NCBI GenBank assembly: GCA_028695415.1
Contig: JAQVIY010000001.1
Span: forward strand, 113,067 to 177,066
Direction of reading: 5' to 3'
From: Minisyncoccota bacterium
GTDB taxonomy: Bacteria; Patescibacteriota; Minisyncoccia; Phycocordibacterales; Phycocordibacteraceae
DNA: 64,000 nucleotides
In this document: positions 47,390 through 56,959 of the stretch, piece by piece
Layout: each line of letters opens with the position of its first letter
Position numbering within the stretch: the first letter of the stretch is position 1
The notes under the pieces: model-generated
What the model was told of the DNA's origin: nothing
Seen by the model: the letters and a program-made list of their open reading frames with translations, nothing else
Database searches by the model: none
Made by a program: the position numbers and the translations under genes

Positions 47390-48736
47390 CTAGTGTCCCT
47401 GGACGAAGGTGAGCGCCTTGCCCTTCTGATTCGCACGACCGGTGCGGCCGATGCGGTGCACGTAATCCTCATAGGTCGAGGGGAGATCGTAGTTGATGAC
47501 GTGGGAGACACCGGATATATCGAGACCGCGTGCCGCAACATCAGTCGCGACGAGCGCGACGACTCTGCCTGTTTTGAAGGCTTCAAGTGCGCGAATACGC
47601 GCGCCATAGGTCTTATTTCCGTGGATGCTCTCGGCGTGGATGTGCTTCCGCGAGAGTTCTTTGGCGAGCTTCTCGACGCCGTACTTTGTACGGCCGAAGA
47701 TAAGCACACGGCTGAAATCGCGGTCCTTCATAAGCTCCACGAGCACCTCGAACTTATCTCTGCCCCGCGGAATGCGCACGACATCCTGCTCCACGTTCTT
47801 CGAGGTGTCGCGCGTCTTCACCGAGATGATGACCGGACTCTCAAGGAAGTCGCCGATAAGCTTCTCCACGTCCTTCCCCATCGTCGCCGAGAAGAAGAGC
47901 GTGTGACGCTCCTTGCGCATCTTGCTGAGTATCATGCGCATATCGTCGATAAAGCCCATGTCGAGCATGCGGTCCGCCTCATCGAGGACGACCGTACCGA
48001 AGCCCGAGAGGTCGAGCGCCTTGCGCTCCATCAGGTCCTTCAGACGTCCCGGGGTACCGATAACGAAGGCCGGATCGTGCTTCAATTGCGAGATCTGAGG
48101 GCCGATGTTTGCGCCACCAACTGCGACCATACCGCGGAAGCCGAGACCCCGAGCGAAGCTCGCGAGCTCCTTCTCGATTTGCACCGCGAGCTCGCGCGTC
48201 GGCGCCATGACGAGCACACGCTCACCCTTCTGCTTCATCACCTTGTCGATGAGCGGAATGAGGAAGGCCGCTGTCTTGCCGGTACCCGTCTCAGCGAGCC
48301 CGACGACGTCTTGACCGAGGAGCGCATGCGCGATGGTCTTGTCTTGGATAGGCGTCGGAGACACGTAGCCGCGCGCCTCGATATTCTTCTTCAGGTGCGC
48401 GTTCATATCGAAGTCGGCAAACGTGTGCTCGGCGACGAATACCGGCTCTTCGGTCGTGACGACCGCCTTGTTCATAAACTTGGCTATCTCAGCCTCGGTC
48501 TCGCCGAAGCTGCCGAAGCCGCGACCGCCGCCGCGTGAGCCGCCGCGGCTACCACCGCGCGACGCATAACCGCCTCTTGAGGGGTATCGGCTCGCACTTT
48601 CGCTTCGCTCGCCGTACCGGCGAGGCGCGCTTCCGCCGCCCTGTGAGCGCGATGAATACGGGCGGCTACTGCCTCCTGATCTCGAAGACCCCGAAGCGCC
48701 CCCGGCTGACTGATGATTCCATCTTCCTACTTGCAT
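47390..48736 (-). CDS. DEAD-box ATP-dependent RNA helicase with an RGG/RGS-rich N-terminal region (start uncertain)
   Basis: Q-motif, Walker A (AETGTGKTAAF), DEAD (VLDEADRMLD), SAT and HRIGRTGR motifs. Confidence 0.88.
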   Translation of the reverse strand: MQVGRWNHQSAGGASGSSRSGGSSRPYSSRSQGGGSAPRRYGERSESASRYPSRGGYASRGGSRGGSRGGGRGFGSFGETEAEIAKFMNKAVVTTEEPVFVAEHTFADFDMNAHLKKNIEARGYVSPTPIQDKTIAHALLGQDVVGLAETGTGKTAAFLIPLIDKVMKQKGERVLVMAPTRELAVQIEKELASFARGLGFRGMVAVGGANIGPQISQLKHDPAFVIGTPGRLKDLMERKALDLSGFGTVVLDEADRMLDMGFIDDMRMILSKMRKERHTLFFSATMGKDVEKLIGDFLESPVIISVKTRDTSKNVEQDVVRIPRGRDKFEVLVELMKDRDFSRVLIFGRTKYGVEKLAKELSRKHIHAESIHGNKTYGARIRALEAFKTGRVVALVATDVAARGLDISGVSHVINYDLPSTYEDYVHRIGRTGRANQKGKALTFVQGH

Positions 48737-48810
48737 AGATTGTTAGTGTTAGAAACGTAAAAATAAAGGCAAAAGCCTTTTGGTAGGTCTGCTCTCTACT
48801 ATTGGAAAAG

Positions 48811-49128
48811 TTAGGAGATAGAATCTATCTTCACCTTCAAAACAGGCTGACGATGGCCCTTGCGCTTGTAGTAGCGGCTCTTCGGCTTATATTTCACCAC
48901 TTCAACCTTCTTTGCTTTTCCGGCGAGAACAACGGTGCCCTTGACCTCCGCGCCTTTGATAACCGGCGCGCCGATGGTCGTGTCCGAGCCGTTGTCGACG
49001 AGGAGCACCTCGTCAAAGACAACTGTGTCACCCTTCTTCAAATCCCCCGGGAGCTTCTCAATAGCGATAGTGTCGCCTTTTGAGACGACATACTGCTTCC
49101 CGCCGGTCTTGATTACGGCCACTTCCAT
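48811..49128 (-). CDS. rplU: ribosomal protein L21
   Basis: MEVAVIKTGGKQY N-terminus, typical of L21. Confidence 0.9.
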   Translation of the reverse strand: MEVAVIKTGGKQYVVSKGDTIAIEKLPGDLKKGDTVVFDEVLLVDNGSDTTIGAPVIKGAEVKGTVVLAGKAKKVEVVKYKPKSRYYKRKGHRQPVLKVKIDSIS

Positions 49129-49171
49129 AGTCCCCCTAATCTAGCATTTCTTGGCTACAAAGGCAAGTTTC

Positions 49172-50230
49172 CTACTCGTCTCCTGCCGATGGCTTATCGA
49201 GAAGCGAAGGCTCGATGCCAATTTTGGATTCATTGATGCGATACACGTCCTTGTCTATCTTCCCCAATTCTTTATAGCCGGCGTTGTAATGAGAGACGGT
49301 GGTACTAAGCGAGTTGCCGAGTTTCTTATAAAACTCCTCATAAGTACCAATATGCTTCCCGAGCTCCCCTACCCGCTTCTGTATGTCGGCGGCTTTCTGC
49401 TCTATCTGGAGCGCCTTCAACCCCTGCATCACGGTCTGGAGGTATGCAAGGAACGAGGTCGGCGAGACGATGATGACTTTATACTTGCTTGCGGCGCGTT
49501 GAATCAGATTCTCGTCTTCTCCGGCGCCCACCTGATTCGTAAGCAGGTCGTAATAGATGCCCTCGGAGGGGATAAACATAAAGGCGAAATCCATCGTGTC
49601 TTCTTCTGGCCTGATATACTTTGCCGTTTCTGTAATGCGGAGCTTGAGGTCGTTTACGAACGCTTTTTCGGCCGCGGCGCGCTCCGGCGTGCCCACCTGC
49701 GTACTCACGAAGCGATTGTAGTTATCGAGCGAGAACTTAGAGTCTACCGGCACGAGCTTCTTATTGATGATGATGACCGCGTCCACTATCTCGCCGTTTT
49801 GAAACGGGTACTGGATTCGATAGTCCTCGGGCGACATCACATTTCGGAGCACGGTCTCGAGATAGTATTCGCCCAAAATCCCGCGCTGTTTCGGATTCTT
49901 GAGTAAGTCTTGAAGCGACTGGAGTTGCTCAGCATAGGTCTGCGTCTGTCGGCCAATCTCCTTTACCGACGTGAGTTCAGTGGTGATTTCCTTGATGAGG
50001 CGAGAGGATTCCGAAAACTGCCGGTGGGCATTCTCCTGCATCGTACGCGATGACTCTGAGACGCGCGCGTCGAGCGTCCGCGCGAGTTCCTGTATCTGTT
50101 GTTGGAGAAGCAGCATACTACCTTCTTCTTTAGGTGTGCCGAGGCTCTTACGCAACCAAACAAACCCCCCTATAAGCCCGATGATAAGGACACCGATGAG
50201 AAGTCCGATGATTAGGGTGGCTGATTCCAT
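49172..50230 (-). CDS. rmuC: DNA recombination protein RmuC
   Basis: N-terminal TM helix, long coiled coil, C-terminal RmuC nuclease-like domain. Recognised by recall of the family. Confidence 0.7.
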   Translation of the reverse strand: MESATLIIGLLIGVLIIGLIGGFVWLRKSLGTPKEEGSMLLLQQQIQELARTLDARVSESSRTMQENAHRQFSESSRLIKEITTELTSVKEIGRQTQTYAEQLQSLQDLLKNPKQRGILGEYYLETVLRNVMSPEDYRIQYPFQNGEIVDAVIIINKKLVPVDSKFSLDNYNRFVSTQVGTPERAAAEKAFVNDLKLRITETAKYIRPEEDTMDFAFMFIPSEGIYYDLLTNQVGAGEDENLIQRAASKYKVIIVSPTSFLAYLQTVMQGLKALQIEQKAADIQKRVGELGKHIGTYEEFYKKLGNSLSTTVSHYNAGYKELGKIDKDVYRINESKIGIEPSLLDKPSAGDE

Positions 50231-50250
50231 ACCTATAGTATACTAGCCCT

Positions 50251-50709
50251 ATGGCTATCCACGAAACCCTGAAGCAATCTATTCCCGAGGCGCTCCGCGC
50301 CAAGGACGAAACGCGGCTCCGCACGCTCCGCTCGCTCGTTACCGCGATGACGAACGAGGTCGTCGCCAAGAAGCGAAAGCCCGACGAGTTCCTCACCGAC
50401 GAGGAGGCTCTCGCGATCTTGAAGCGCGCGGCGAGTCAGCGCAGAGATTCCATAGAACAGTTTGAAAAAGCCGGCCGGAACGAGCTTGCCGAACCCGAGA
50501 AGCTTGAGCTCGTTATCATCGAGTCGTACCTGCCGCAGATGATGAGCCACGAAGAGATAGAAGTTGTTGCGAAAGCGAAGATGGCGGAGCTCGGTATCTC
50601 GTCAAAGACTGAAGCCGGAAAGTTCACCGGCATGCTCATGAAAGAGCTGAAGGGTAAGGCAGACGGCGCGGTCGCCAAAGCGGTCGTGGACGCCCTTCTC
50701 GTTTCGTAG
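50251..50709 (+). CDS. GatB/YqeY-domain protein
   Basis: About 150-aa all-helical protein with a YqeY-like C-terminus (ISSKTEAGKFTGMLMKELKGKADG). Confidence 0.75.
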   Translation: MAIHETLKQSIPEALRAKDETRLRTLRSLVTAMTNEVVAKKRKPDEFLTDEEALAILKRAASQRRDSIEQFEKAGRNELAEPEKLELVIIESYLPQMMSHEEIEVVAKAKMAELGISSKTEAGKFTGMLMKELKGKADGAVAKAVVDALLVS

Positions 50710-50756
50710 TGAATCTGCTATAGTTCACTGAGTCAAATCCTATGGAAGGGATACCG

Positions 50757-51011
50757 ATGGGCAAGGAAACCAAATCTGACCTGATGGACACGCTGGAGAG
50801 GGCTGCTCGAGCACGAAAAAAGTATCTCGAAGAACATCCCGAGTTCCTTAAGAAGTTGGAGCGAGGAGAAAATGCTTCTGCCCGAATCGCTACGGAACAT
50901 CCAGAAACCGTTGCGGGGGCTCAAGAAAGCGAGAGAGGGAGACGCCCTGCCCTCAAGGGAGCGCGAGAGCACGACCTTCACCAACGCAAGATTCTCGGAG
51001 ATGATTTCTGA
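50757..51011 (+). CDS. hypothetical small charged protein
   Basis: ORF with GGAAGG upstream; no recognisable motif. Confidence 0.3.
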   Translation: MGKETKSDLMDTLERAARARKKYLEEHPEFLKKLERGENASARIATEHPETVAGAQESERGRRPALKGAREHDLHQRKILGDDF

Positions 51012-51012
51012 A

Positions 51013-51040
51013 AGGCCGGCACTCACCGGTCTTTTTTCTT
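51013..51040. terminator. terminator-like hairpin with T-tract between converging genes
   Basis: ggccggcactcaccggtc followed by tttttt. Confidence 0.5.
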
Positions 51041-51046
51041 TTTAGA

Positions 51047-51460
51047 TTACGGGCACGGCACCTTCGGGGCATTCAATATTTCAAGTACCTTGTCGGCAAT
51101 TCCTTCAAGTTTCCAATCTGACTTCACCATAAAGAACGAGGGGCCGAGCTCGGCGATATTTCGTATTTGAACGTCTTCATCTGCGCTTAGATTGGTGAGG
51201 ATGACGACCGGGACGCACTTACCCCAATCATTCTTCCCGCGCAGTTCTTTGAGCATCTCCCAGCCGTCCATCATCGGCATAAGGATATCGAGCAGAATAA
51301 TATCAGGAAGTTCTTTGAGCGCCACCATAAGACCGCTCATGCCGTTTTTAGCCTCTATAACAGTCAATCCTGCCTCAACGAGCGAGGAGCGGAGTGCCTT
51401 GAGCATGGCCTCATCATCTTCAACCACAAGAACTTTATTTTTTGTCATGTCCGTAGCCAT
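51047..51460 (-). CDS. single-domain response regulator (CheY-like receiver)
   Basis: VLVVEDDEAM...DIILLDILMP with conserved Asp and Lys positions. Start chosen at MATDM, just downstream of the kinase stop. Confidence 0.85.
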   Translation of the reverse strand: MATDMTKNKVLVVEDDEAMLKALRSSLVEAGLTVIEAKNGMSGLMVALKELPDIILLDILMPMMDGWEMLKELRGKNDWGKCVPVVILTNLSADEDVQIRNIAELGPSFFMVKSDWKLEGIADKVLEILNAPKVPCP

Positions 51461-51467
51461 GGTGACA

Positions 51468-53816
51468 TTATACCACCGGTCGCGCCTCTTTCGGGAGCAA
51501 GAGATAGAACGTTGTCCCCTCCCCTTCTTTAGAAACAAACCAGATGATGCCTCCTATGATATCCGCCATTATCTTCGACATGTAGAGCCCAAGCCCGTTG
51601 CCGTTGGGATCCTGCATTTTTGCATTATCGGCGCGATAGAACTTAGAGAATACCTTCTCCTTGACGCTCTCTGGCACCCCGATACCGGAGTCGTGGACAG
51701 CGACGAGCACCGAATCCTGTGCGGCTATCTTTCCTGCAACGGACTCTCCGGCGATGACATTCTCAAGGGAGATAACGACTTCCCCGCCGTCTTTTGAATA
51801 TTTAAGGGCATTCGAGACGAAATTCTGTACGATGATACGGGCGAGATCCGCGTCGGTGAGCACACGAGAGAGAGAGTTCTGATACTTCTCGACAACACGC
51901 AACTTCTTTCGCTCCGCCTGCAGTTGAAGTTCCGCCTGTATCGATCGCGAGATGGCGATAAGATCGGTCGGAGCAGTGTTTTTCGTCTGGGTGCCGGTCT
52001 CGAGGCGCAAGACATGCAAGAACGAGTTGATGATTTCATTCATCTGCCGTCCGGCCAGAGCGATCTCATTGAAATATTCTTTCTGTTTAGCGGTCATCTT
52101 ACCCGCATCGCCGCCAAGAAGCATTTCTGAATACCAATTGATGGCAGTAAGCGGCGTGCGCAGCTGGTGCGACGCGAGCGAGATAAATTCGGTCTTAGCG
52201 GTATCTATCTCTTTCTCTTTCGTGATATCCCGCTCGATGCCGACGAAGAATACTATCTTGTCATTAGAATCGAGTACCGGGGAAATATTGATGAGCGCCG
52301 TATAGAGCTGCCCGTTCTTCCTTTTATTCTGCATCTCCCCGATGAAGGTCTCCTTCCGGTCCTTGATGGTATGCCAGAGATTCTCGTAATAGTCTTTAGG
52401 CATCGGCGACTTCCAGAGCACTCCGGATTTCTTACCCAGCGCCTCTTCCGGCTTGTAGCCCGTTATCTTTTCGACCGCCGCATTGGCATAGATAACCGTT
52501 CCCTCAGGGTCCGTGATGATGATCTGATCCGAGGCATTATCGATCGCCAATTTGAATTTTTTCAGATCATTCGCGAGACGCTCGGCCTTCATTTTCTCCT
52601 CTTCAAGCTTCTCTTCTTCGTCTTTAAGATCCGCAGCGATATTAAATGCAGCCTGTTCGCTCTCTTTTGCTTCTTCGGTCTTCTCAGCAAGTTCTTTTGT
52701 CCGTTCACTCACCTTTTGTTCAAGCGTGATGCGAGATTCCTGCAGTTTGCTGATCATGGCATTAAAGGTGGTTGCCAGAATACCGACATCGTCTTTCGAC
52801 GTGATGACGATGCTTTGGTTCAGATCCCCTTGTGCGATTTTATTTGCAAATGCCGTGAGCGCATGTACCGGACCCGTTATGGACCTCGACATGGTGACCG
52901 CGACGGCGATAATCAGCGCGCTGATGATGGAAACAATAAGCAGGAACAATTCCTGCAAATGCCGTATCGGCGTATATGCTTCGGTCTGATCTATTTTGAC
53001 GACGATCCCCCATCCGGTGCTCTCGATATATCGCGTCGCCGCAAAGACTTTTATGCCGCGATAATCGACTGCGTTCAATAGAAGCGCTTCCTCTCCGCGA
53101 ACGGCGCGTATCGTCGGCAGCATTTGACTTGCTGGCACAACTCGCGAGAGTGCGGCAGAAGGGTCAAAACGAGTCGGGGTCAAGAAAAGCGCATTTCCAT
53201 CGCTTGTCTCAGTGACAACCAATGTCTCTCCTGTTTTCCCAAATCCCGCAAAATCATGAGAAATATTGACGATATCGTCAGCATCGGTTACCACCACCGC
53301 GACCCCCTCAGTTTTGTCGGCAATAAGCGGGCCGGCAAGATATTGTGAGACGGTGCCATCTGCATCTTTCCCCAACACCGATTCATCGTTAGCGTGCAGG
53401 CCTCGCTTAAAATAGGCCTCGGTTTGTATATCCGTACCAATAAGAGCCTTATCGCTTGAGGCGACAACGATACCTGCGGTTGTCGCTAAAAATAATTTTC
53501 GTATCCCGACCGCTCTCCCCGGCGCTTCTACCAACTCCTGTAATTTTTCCTTATTCAACAACGTCGGTTGTGCATTATACCCTTGCAGGGCGCCGACAAA
53601 CGACGAACTCGTGGTGAATAAGTTCAGAATATCCAATTTGTTGTTCAACGTATCTTCAAGCCGATTCTTTTGCGTTTCAGCGAGACTGTCGAGGGTGGTG
53701 TAGGTCTTGGCGTTCACCTGTTCTTGTGATGCCAGAAATGCAAGCGTCCCGCCTACCAACCACGGTATGAGAGCGACTTGCATGACGATGATAACGATTT
53801 TTGTATTCAGGCTCAT
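51468..53816 (-). CDS. sensor histidine kinase (TM, extracytoplasmic Cache-like domain, HAMP, PAS, HisKA, HATPase)
   Basis: H-box LASHQLRTPL. N, G1 and G2 boxes (DSGIGVP, GNGLGL). PAS region (PEGTVIYANAAVEKITGYKPEEALG). Start ATG overlaps the upstream gene's stop (ATGA). Confidence 0.9.
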   Translation of the reverse strand: MSLNTKIVIIVMQVALIPWLVGGTLAFLASQEQVNAKTYTTLDSLAETQKNRLEDTLNNKLDILNLFTTSSSFVGALQGYNAQPTLLNKEKLQELVEAPGRAVGIRKLFLATTAGIVVASSDKALIGTDIQTEAYFKRGLHANDESVLGKDADGTVSQYLAGPLIADKTEGVAVVVTDADDIVNISHDFAGFGKTGETLVVTETSDGNALFLTPTRFDPSAALSRVVPASQMLPTIRAVRGEEALLLNAVDYRGIKVFAATRYIESTGWGIVVKIDQTEAYTPIRHLQELFLLIVSIISALIIAVAVTMSRSITGPVHALTAFANKIAQGDLNQSIVITSKDDVGILATTFNAMISKLQESRITLEQKVSERTKELAEKTEEAKESEQAAFNIAADLKDEEEKLEEEKMKAERLANDLKKFKLAIDNASDQIIITDPEGTVIYANAAVEKITGYKPEEALGKKSGVLWKSPMPKDYYENLWHTIKDRKETFIGEMQNKRKNGQLYTALINISPVLDSNDKIVFFVGIERDITKEKEIDTAKTEFISLASHQLRTPLTAINWYSEMLLGGDAGKMTAKQKEYFNEIALAGRQMNEIINSFLHVLRLETGTQTKNTAPTDLIAISRSIQAELQLQAERKKLRVVEKYQNSLSRVLTDADLARIIVQNFVSNALKYSKDGGEVVISLENVIAGESVAGKIAAQDSVLVAVHDSGIGVPESVKEKVFSKFYRADNAKMQDPNGNGLGLYMSKIMADIIGGIIWFVSKEGEGTTFYLLLPKEARPVV

Positions 53817-54472
53817 GGGTTCTTTTCTGCACGGTTCACAAAGGCGAGTCCGATTCCAAGGAGGATGAAACAAAGTGCTGTATTGAACGCCATGGGCACA
53901 CTCGCGTTATTGAATTCGAAATACAGGGCGGGAACGTTGAACGCATACCCGATCATAGCAACACAGGCAATAGCAATGATGGCAAAGCTCATAATAGTAA
54001 TATATTGTTTACGAAAAACGGTCGCGAAATTTGCAATAACGGTGACTACCGAAAAAATCATGAAATTCAGCAGTGCGGGGATGGAAGGCAGCCCGCTGAC
54101 CGGTTCAAGATTGGTAATCGTCAATATATCTGGCTGTCGCACAAATAATGTTTCTATACCCGTTGGTATGCCAAGCAGTCTGCCCGCCAACATCGAACTT
54201 GCCACAATAGCGAGGGTCAATGCGATACCGGGCAGAAATACACCCGCGACCTCGTCTTCGTCTTGAACGACGCGAGATATAAGAAAGAGACCGCTAGCAC
54301 TAAGGAGGAACAGAAAAGCCGTTACGAACTTCATGTTGATGCTCACGTGTGCAGACACAATGCGCGTGAACGCATCAATATCAAAAACCCAACCCGCCAT
54401 AACAATGATCGAATATATTCCAATCACTACCGCCAGAAGATGTGCAATTCGGTGACGAGCAAAACGGATCAT
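53813..54472 (-). CDS. polytopic membrane protein (about 6 TM helices), possible stand-alone membrane sensor module
   Basis: Hydrophobic helices throughout. Translationally coupled to the downstream kinase. Confidence 0.55.
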   Translation of the reverse strand: MIRFARHRIAHLLAVVIGIYSIIVMAGWVFDIDAFTRIVSAHVSINMKFVTAFLFLLSASGLFLISRVVQDEDEVAGVFLPGIALTLAIVASSMLAGRLLGIPTGIETLFVRQPDILTITNLEPVSGLPSIPALLNFMIFSVVTVIANFATVFRKQYITIMSFAIIAIACVAMIGYAFNVPALYFEFNNASVPMAFNTALCFILLGIGLAFVNRAEKNP

Positions 54473-54474
54473 AG

Positions 54475-56553
54475 CTACTCTGAAGCGAGCTTCGCCTTCA
54501 GTTTCTCTATCTCATTCTTCAGCTCAATCATCTTGAGCTCTCTCCCGACCATGAGCTTGTTGATGTTCTCGATCTCCTCGAGATGTTCTTGACTCTTCTG
54601 TTCCGCTTCTTTCTGTTCGGTGACATCCTGCACCATCGAGAGTACGCCGATTACCGCCCCGTCCGGCTGCTTTAAGGGCGTATTGACCCAGTCGCAGATG
54701 ATGGTGCGGCCGTCCTTAGTCGTATTCTCGTTCACGCTGCGCGCCGACTCATCGCCGGCGAGCAGCCGACCCCAGACATCATTCACTTGGGGCTGCGCGC
54801 TCTTCGGCACGATAAGATCGTACGGATGCTTTCCGATTGCCTCCTCGGACGTAAAGCCGAATATCTTTTCTGCCGCGGGATTCCAGGTAACCACAAGGAA
54901 ATTCTTGTCCCAGAGAATATGGCCGATAGGCATGCGATCCACCTCGAAGCGCAACCGTTCTTCGTTCTTCTTTAAGGCTTCTCCAGCCACCTTGCGCTCG
55001 GTGATGTCCTGAGCTGTACCGCGGAGACCAATCACCTTGCCTTCCTCATTACGGATCGTCTCGCTCCGCGCCGTAATCCAGCGGACCGAATCGGTCGGAC
55101 GAGCGATTTCTAGATCGATTTCGTACGGCTCGCCCGTTTCTGTATTTTTCTTTACTGCCGCGTCGAGCAGTGCCGCACTCTCTGGCGTGTATATCTTGAG
55201 GTGTTCTTCATAGTTCGGAGGATGTTGCGTAGGATCAAGGCCGAAGAGGTGATAATACTCCTTCGACCATGTGATAGTGTCTGTCGCGATATCCCAGCTC
55301 CAGTTGCCGATCCGCCCCACGCGCTGAGCCTCTCTGAGCTCTCGTTCACTTTCGCTCAATTTCTTCTCGGCGCTCTTACGCTCCGTCACATCGATGCCGT
55401 AGGAGATGGTCCCAATGACAGCTCCATCGTCATGCAGGTCGGAGTTTCGCCATTCGATTATCCGCTCTTCGCCGCTCTTCGTGAGAATAGGGTTTTCGAA
55501 GTCCCCGATGATGGACTCCCTCTTCTTCTTGAATTCCTCGAACACCTCCCACACCTTCGGGTATCGGTTGCGTGGCGCAATGATCTCGAACCAATTCCGG
55601 CCAAGCACCTCGTCCTTCCGGTACCCAGTCACTTTCTCAGCGACTTCATTGAACGCCGTGACCCTGCCTTCAAGGTCAAGACATACGATCATCGCGTTCG
55701 AGAAACGGATGAGCTCTTCGGAATAGTGGATCGCTTTCTTATACTCTGTCTCAATGGTCTGCCGATCGAGCAGGTTCTTAAGCAATCGGTCCACTTCTTC
55801 CGAAGTTCCTTTCCCGGCCATCAGGAACTCGTCGACAGGAACGTAGTAAAAATTACGGCAGACGGTATTGCCGACCACGACGATCGGGTGCGTGTGAATG
55901 ACGTCGAGAAGGATTGCCGGCGAGAAACGCTGACGATTGTACTGACAGATGGCGAGCGCATCGTTCGCCGGGAAAAAACGGTTGAGTTTCGCCTCATACT
56001 CGATGAGGCGGTCAGTGCCCTTCTCACCGCCGAGCATCCAGGTCATCTCGCCAGTTGCCCGAAGCGCAGAATATCCCTCCTTTTTCGCCGCATTTGTCGA
56101 GTCGGTAAGGAACCGGATCATTTCATCCGGATCGAAATAGCCGTTACGCAAATACGCTTCCCGCTTCGTGATCACGGCGAGCGAACCTTTCTTGAGCGCC
56201 GCATCCACATCAATGCCGCCCGCCCGCATGGAGGCAAGAACCTCATCGACGGTATTGTCATCCGCGATGTACACGCATTTTTCTCCGCGCTCAAGCCCGA
56301 TGCGCATGAACGGAACGACCGCCGCAAACTGTTCTTCCTTATTGGCATAAATGAGGCACAAATGATCGTGCATCGAAACGTCCTCAATGGCGCGTACGAG
56401 ACTTGTCGCGCCCGATCCGGCCGGATTTTTTTCGTCATTCGCAATGGTGAGGGACATGAGGATAGGAGGAGACATTTTTCCGTCTCTATTTCCTATTGTA
56501 CGCCAACGCGGTGCGCGAAAACACCCCGCAAAGCGGAGCGTGTGCACAAGCAC
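54475..56553 (-). CDS. cytoplasmic sensor protein: N-terminal MEDS-like domain, three to four PAS/PAC domains and a C-terminal coiled coil; no kinase domain
   Basis: HLCLIYANKEEQFAAVVPFMRIGLERGEKCVYI resembles the MEDS domain. Repeated PAS segments (VTGYRKDEVLGRNWFEI; EKIFGFTSEEAIGKHPYDLI). Start is 10 nt after the RR stop. Confidence 0.7.
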   Translation of the reverse strand: MLVHTLRFAGCFRAPRWRTIGNRDGKMSPPILMSLTIANDEKNPAGSGATSLVRAIEDVSMHDHLCLIYANKEEQFAAVVPFMRIGLERGEKCVYIADDNTVDEVLASMRAGGIDVDAALKKGSLAVITKREAYLRNGYFDPDEMIRFLTDSTNAAKKEGYSALRATGEMTWMLGGEKGTDRLIEYEAKLNRFFPANDALAICQYNRQRFSPAILLDVIHTHPIVVVGNTVCRNFYYVPVDEFLMAGKGTSEEVDRLLKNLLDRQTIETEYKKAIHYSEELIRFSNAMIVCLDLEGRVTAFNEVAEKVTGYRKDEVLGRNWFEIIAPRNRYPKVWEVFEEFKKKRESIIGDFENPILTKSGEERIIEWRNSDLHDDGAVIGTISYGIDVTERKSAEKKLSESERELREAQRVGRIGNWSWDIATDTITWSKEYYHLFGLDPTQHPPNYEEHLKIYTPESAALLDAAVKKNTETGEPYEIDLEIARPTDSVRWITARSETIRNEEGKVIGLRGTAQDITERKVAGEALKKNEERLRFEVDRMPIGHILWDKNFLVVTWNPAAEKIFGFTSEEAIGKHPYDLIVPKSAQPQVNDVWGRLLAGDESARSVNENTTKDGRTIICDWVNTPLKQPDGAVIGVLSMVQDVTEQKEAEQKSQEHLEEIENINKLMVGRELKMIELKNEIEKLKAKLASE

Positions 56554-56562
56554 GAGGTATCG

Positions 56563-56934
56563 TCACTTCGAGTGTATGAGAACGTTTTTTATCTTTTCAA
56601 CTATCTCGTTGATGGGGTGTTCGGACTTTACATAATAATCGGCGGCACCGAGAGACAGGGCGCGCTTGATATCGCTGTCTTCGCCGAGATTCGAGACGAC
56701 GACCACGGGTATCATCTTCAGCATTTGGTCAGACTTCAGTGACTCAAGCACCTCGAAGCCATTCCTCTTCGGTAGAAGGAGGTCGAGCACGATAGCGTCT
56801 GGATTAGTATCCTTCGCTAGAGTGAGCGCGGCATCGCCGTCGTTGGCAACAGCAACATCATAGCCGGATTTTTCAAATTTTTCTTGCAAGACTTTTGAAA
56901 GCACCTCTTCGTCTTCAATGACTAAAATTTTCAT
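56563..56934 (-). CDS. single-domain response regulator (CheY-like receiver)
   Basis: MKILVIEDEEV...DAIVLDLLLPKRNG with conserved Asp and Lys. Confidence 0.88.
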   Translation of the reverse strand: MKILVIEDEEVLSKVLQEKFEKSGYDVAVANDGDAALTLAKDTNPDAIVLDLLLPKRNGFEVLESLKSDQMLKMIPVVVVSNLGEDSDIKRALSLGAADYYVKSEHPINEIVEKIKNVLIHSK

Positions 56935-56959
56935 GATGGCTTGATTAAAATGATTGTTT

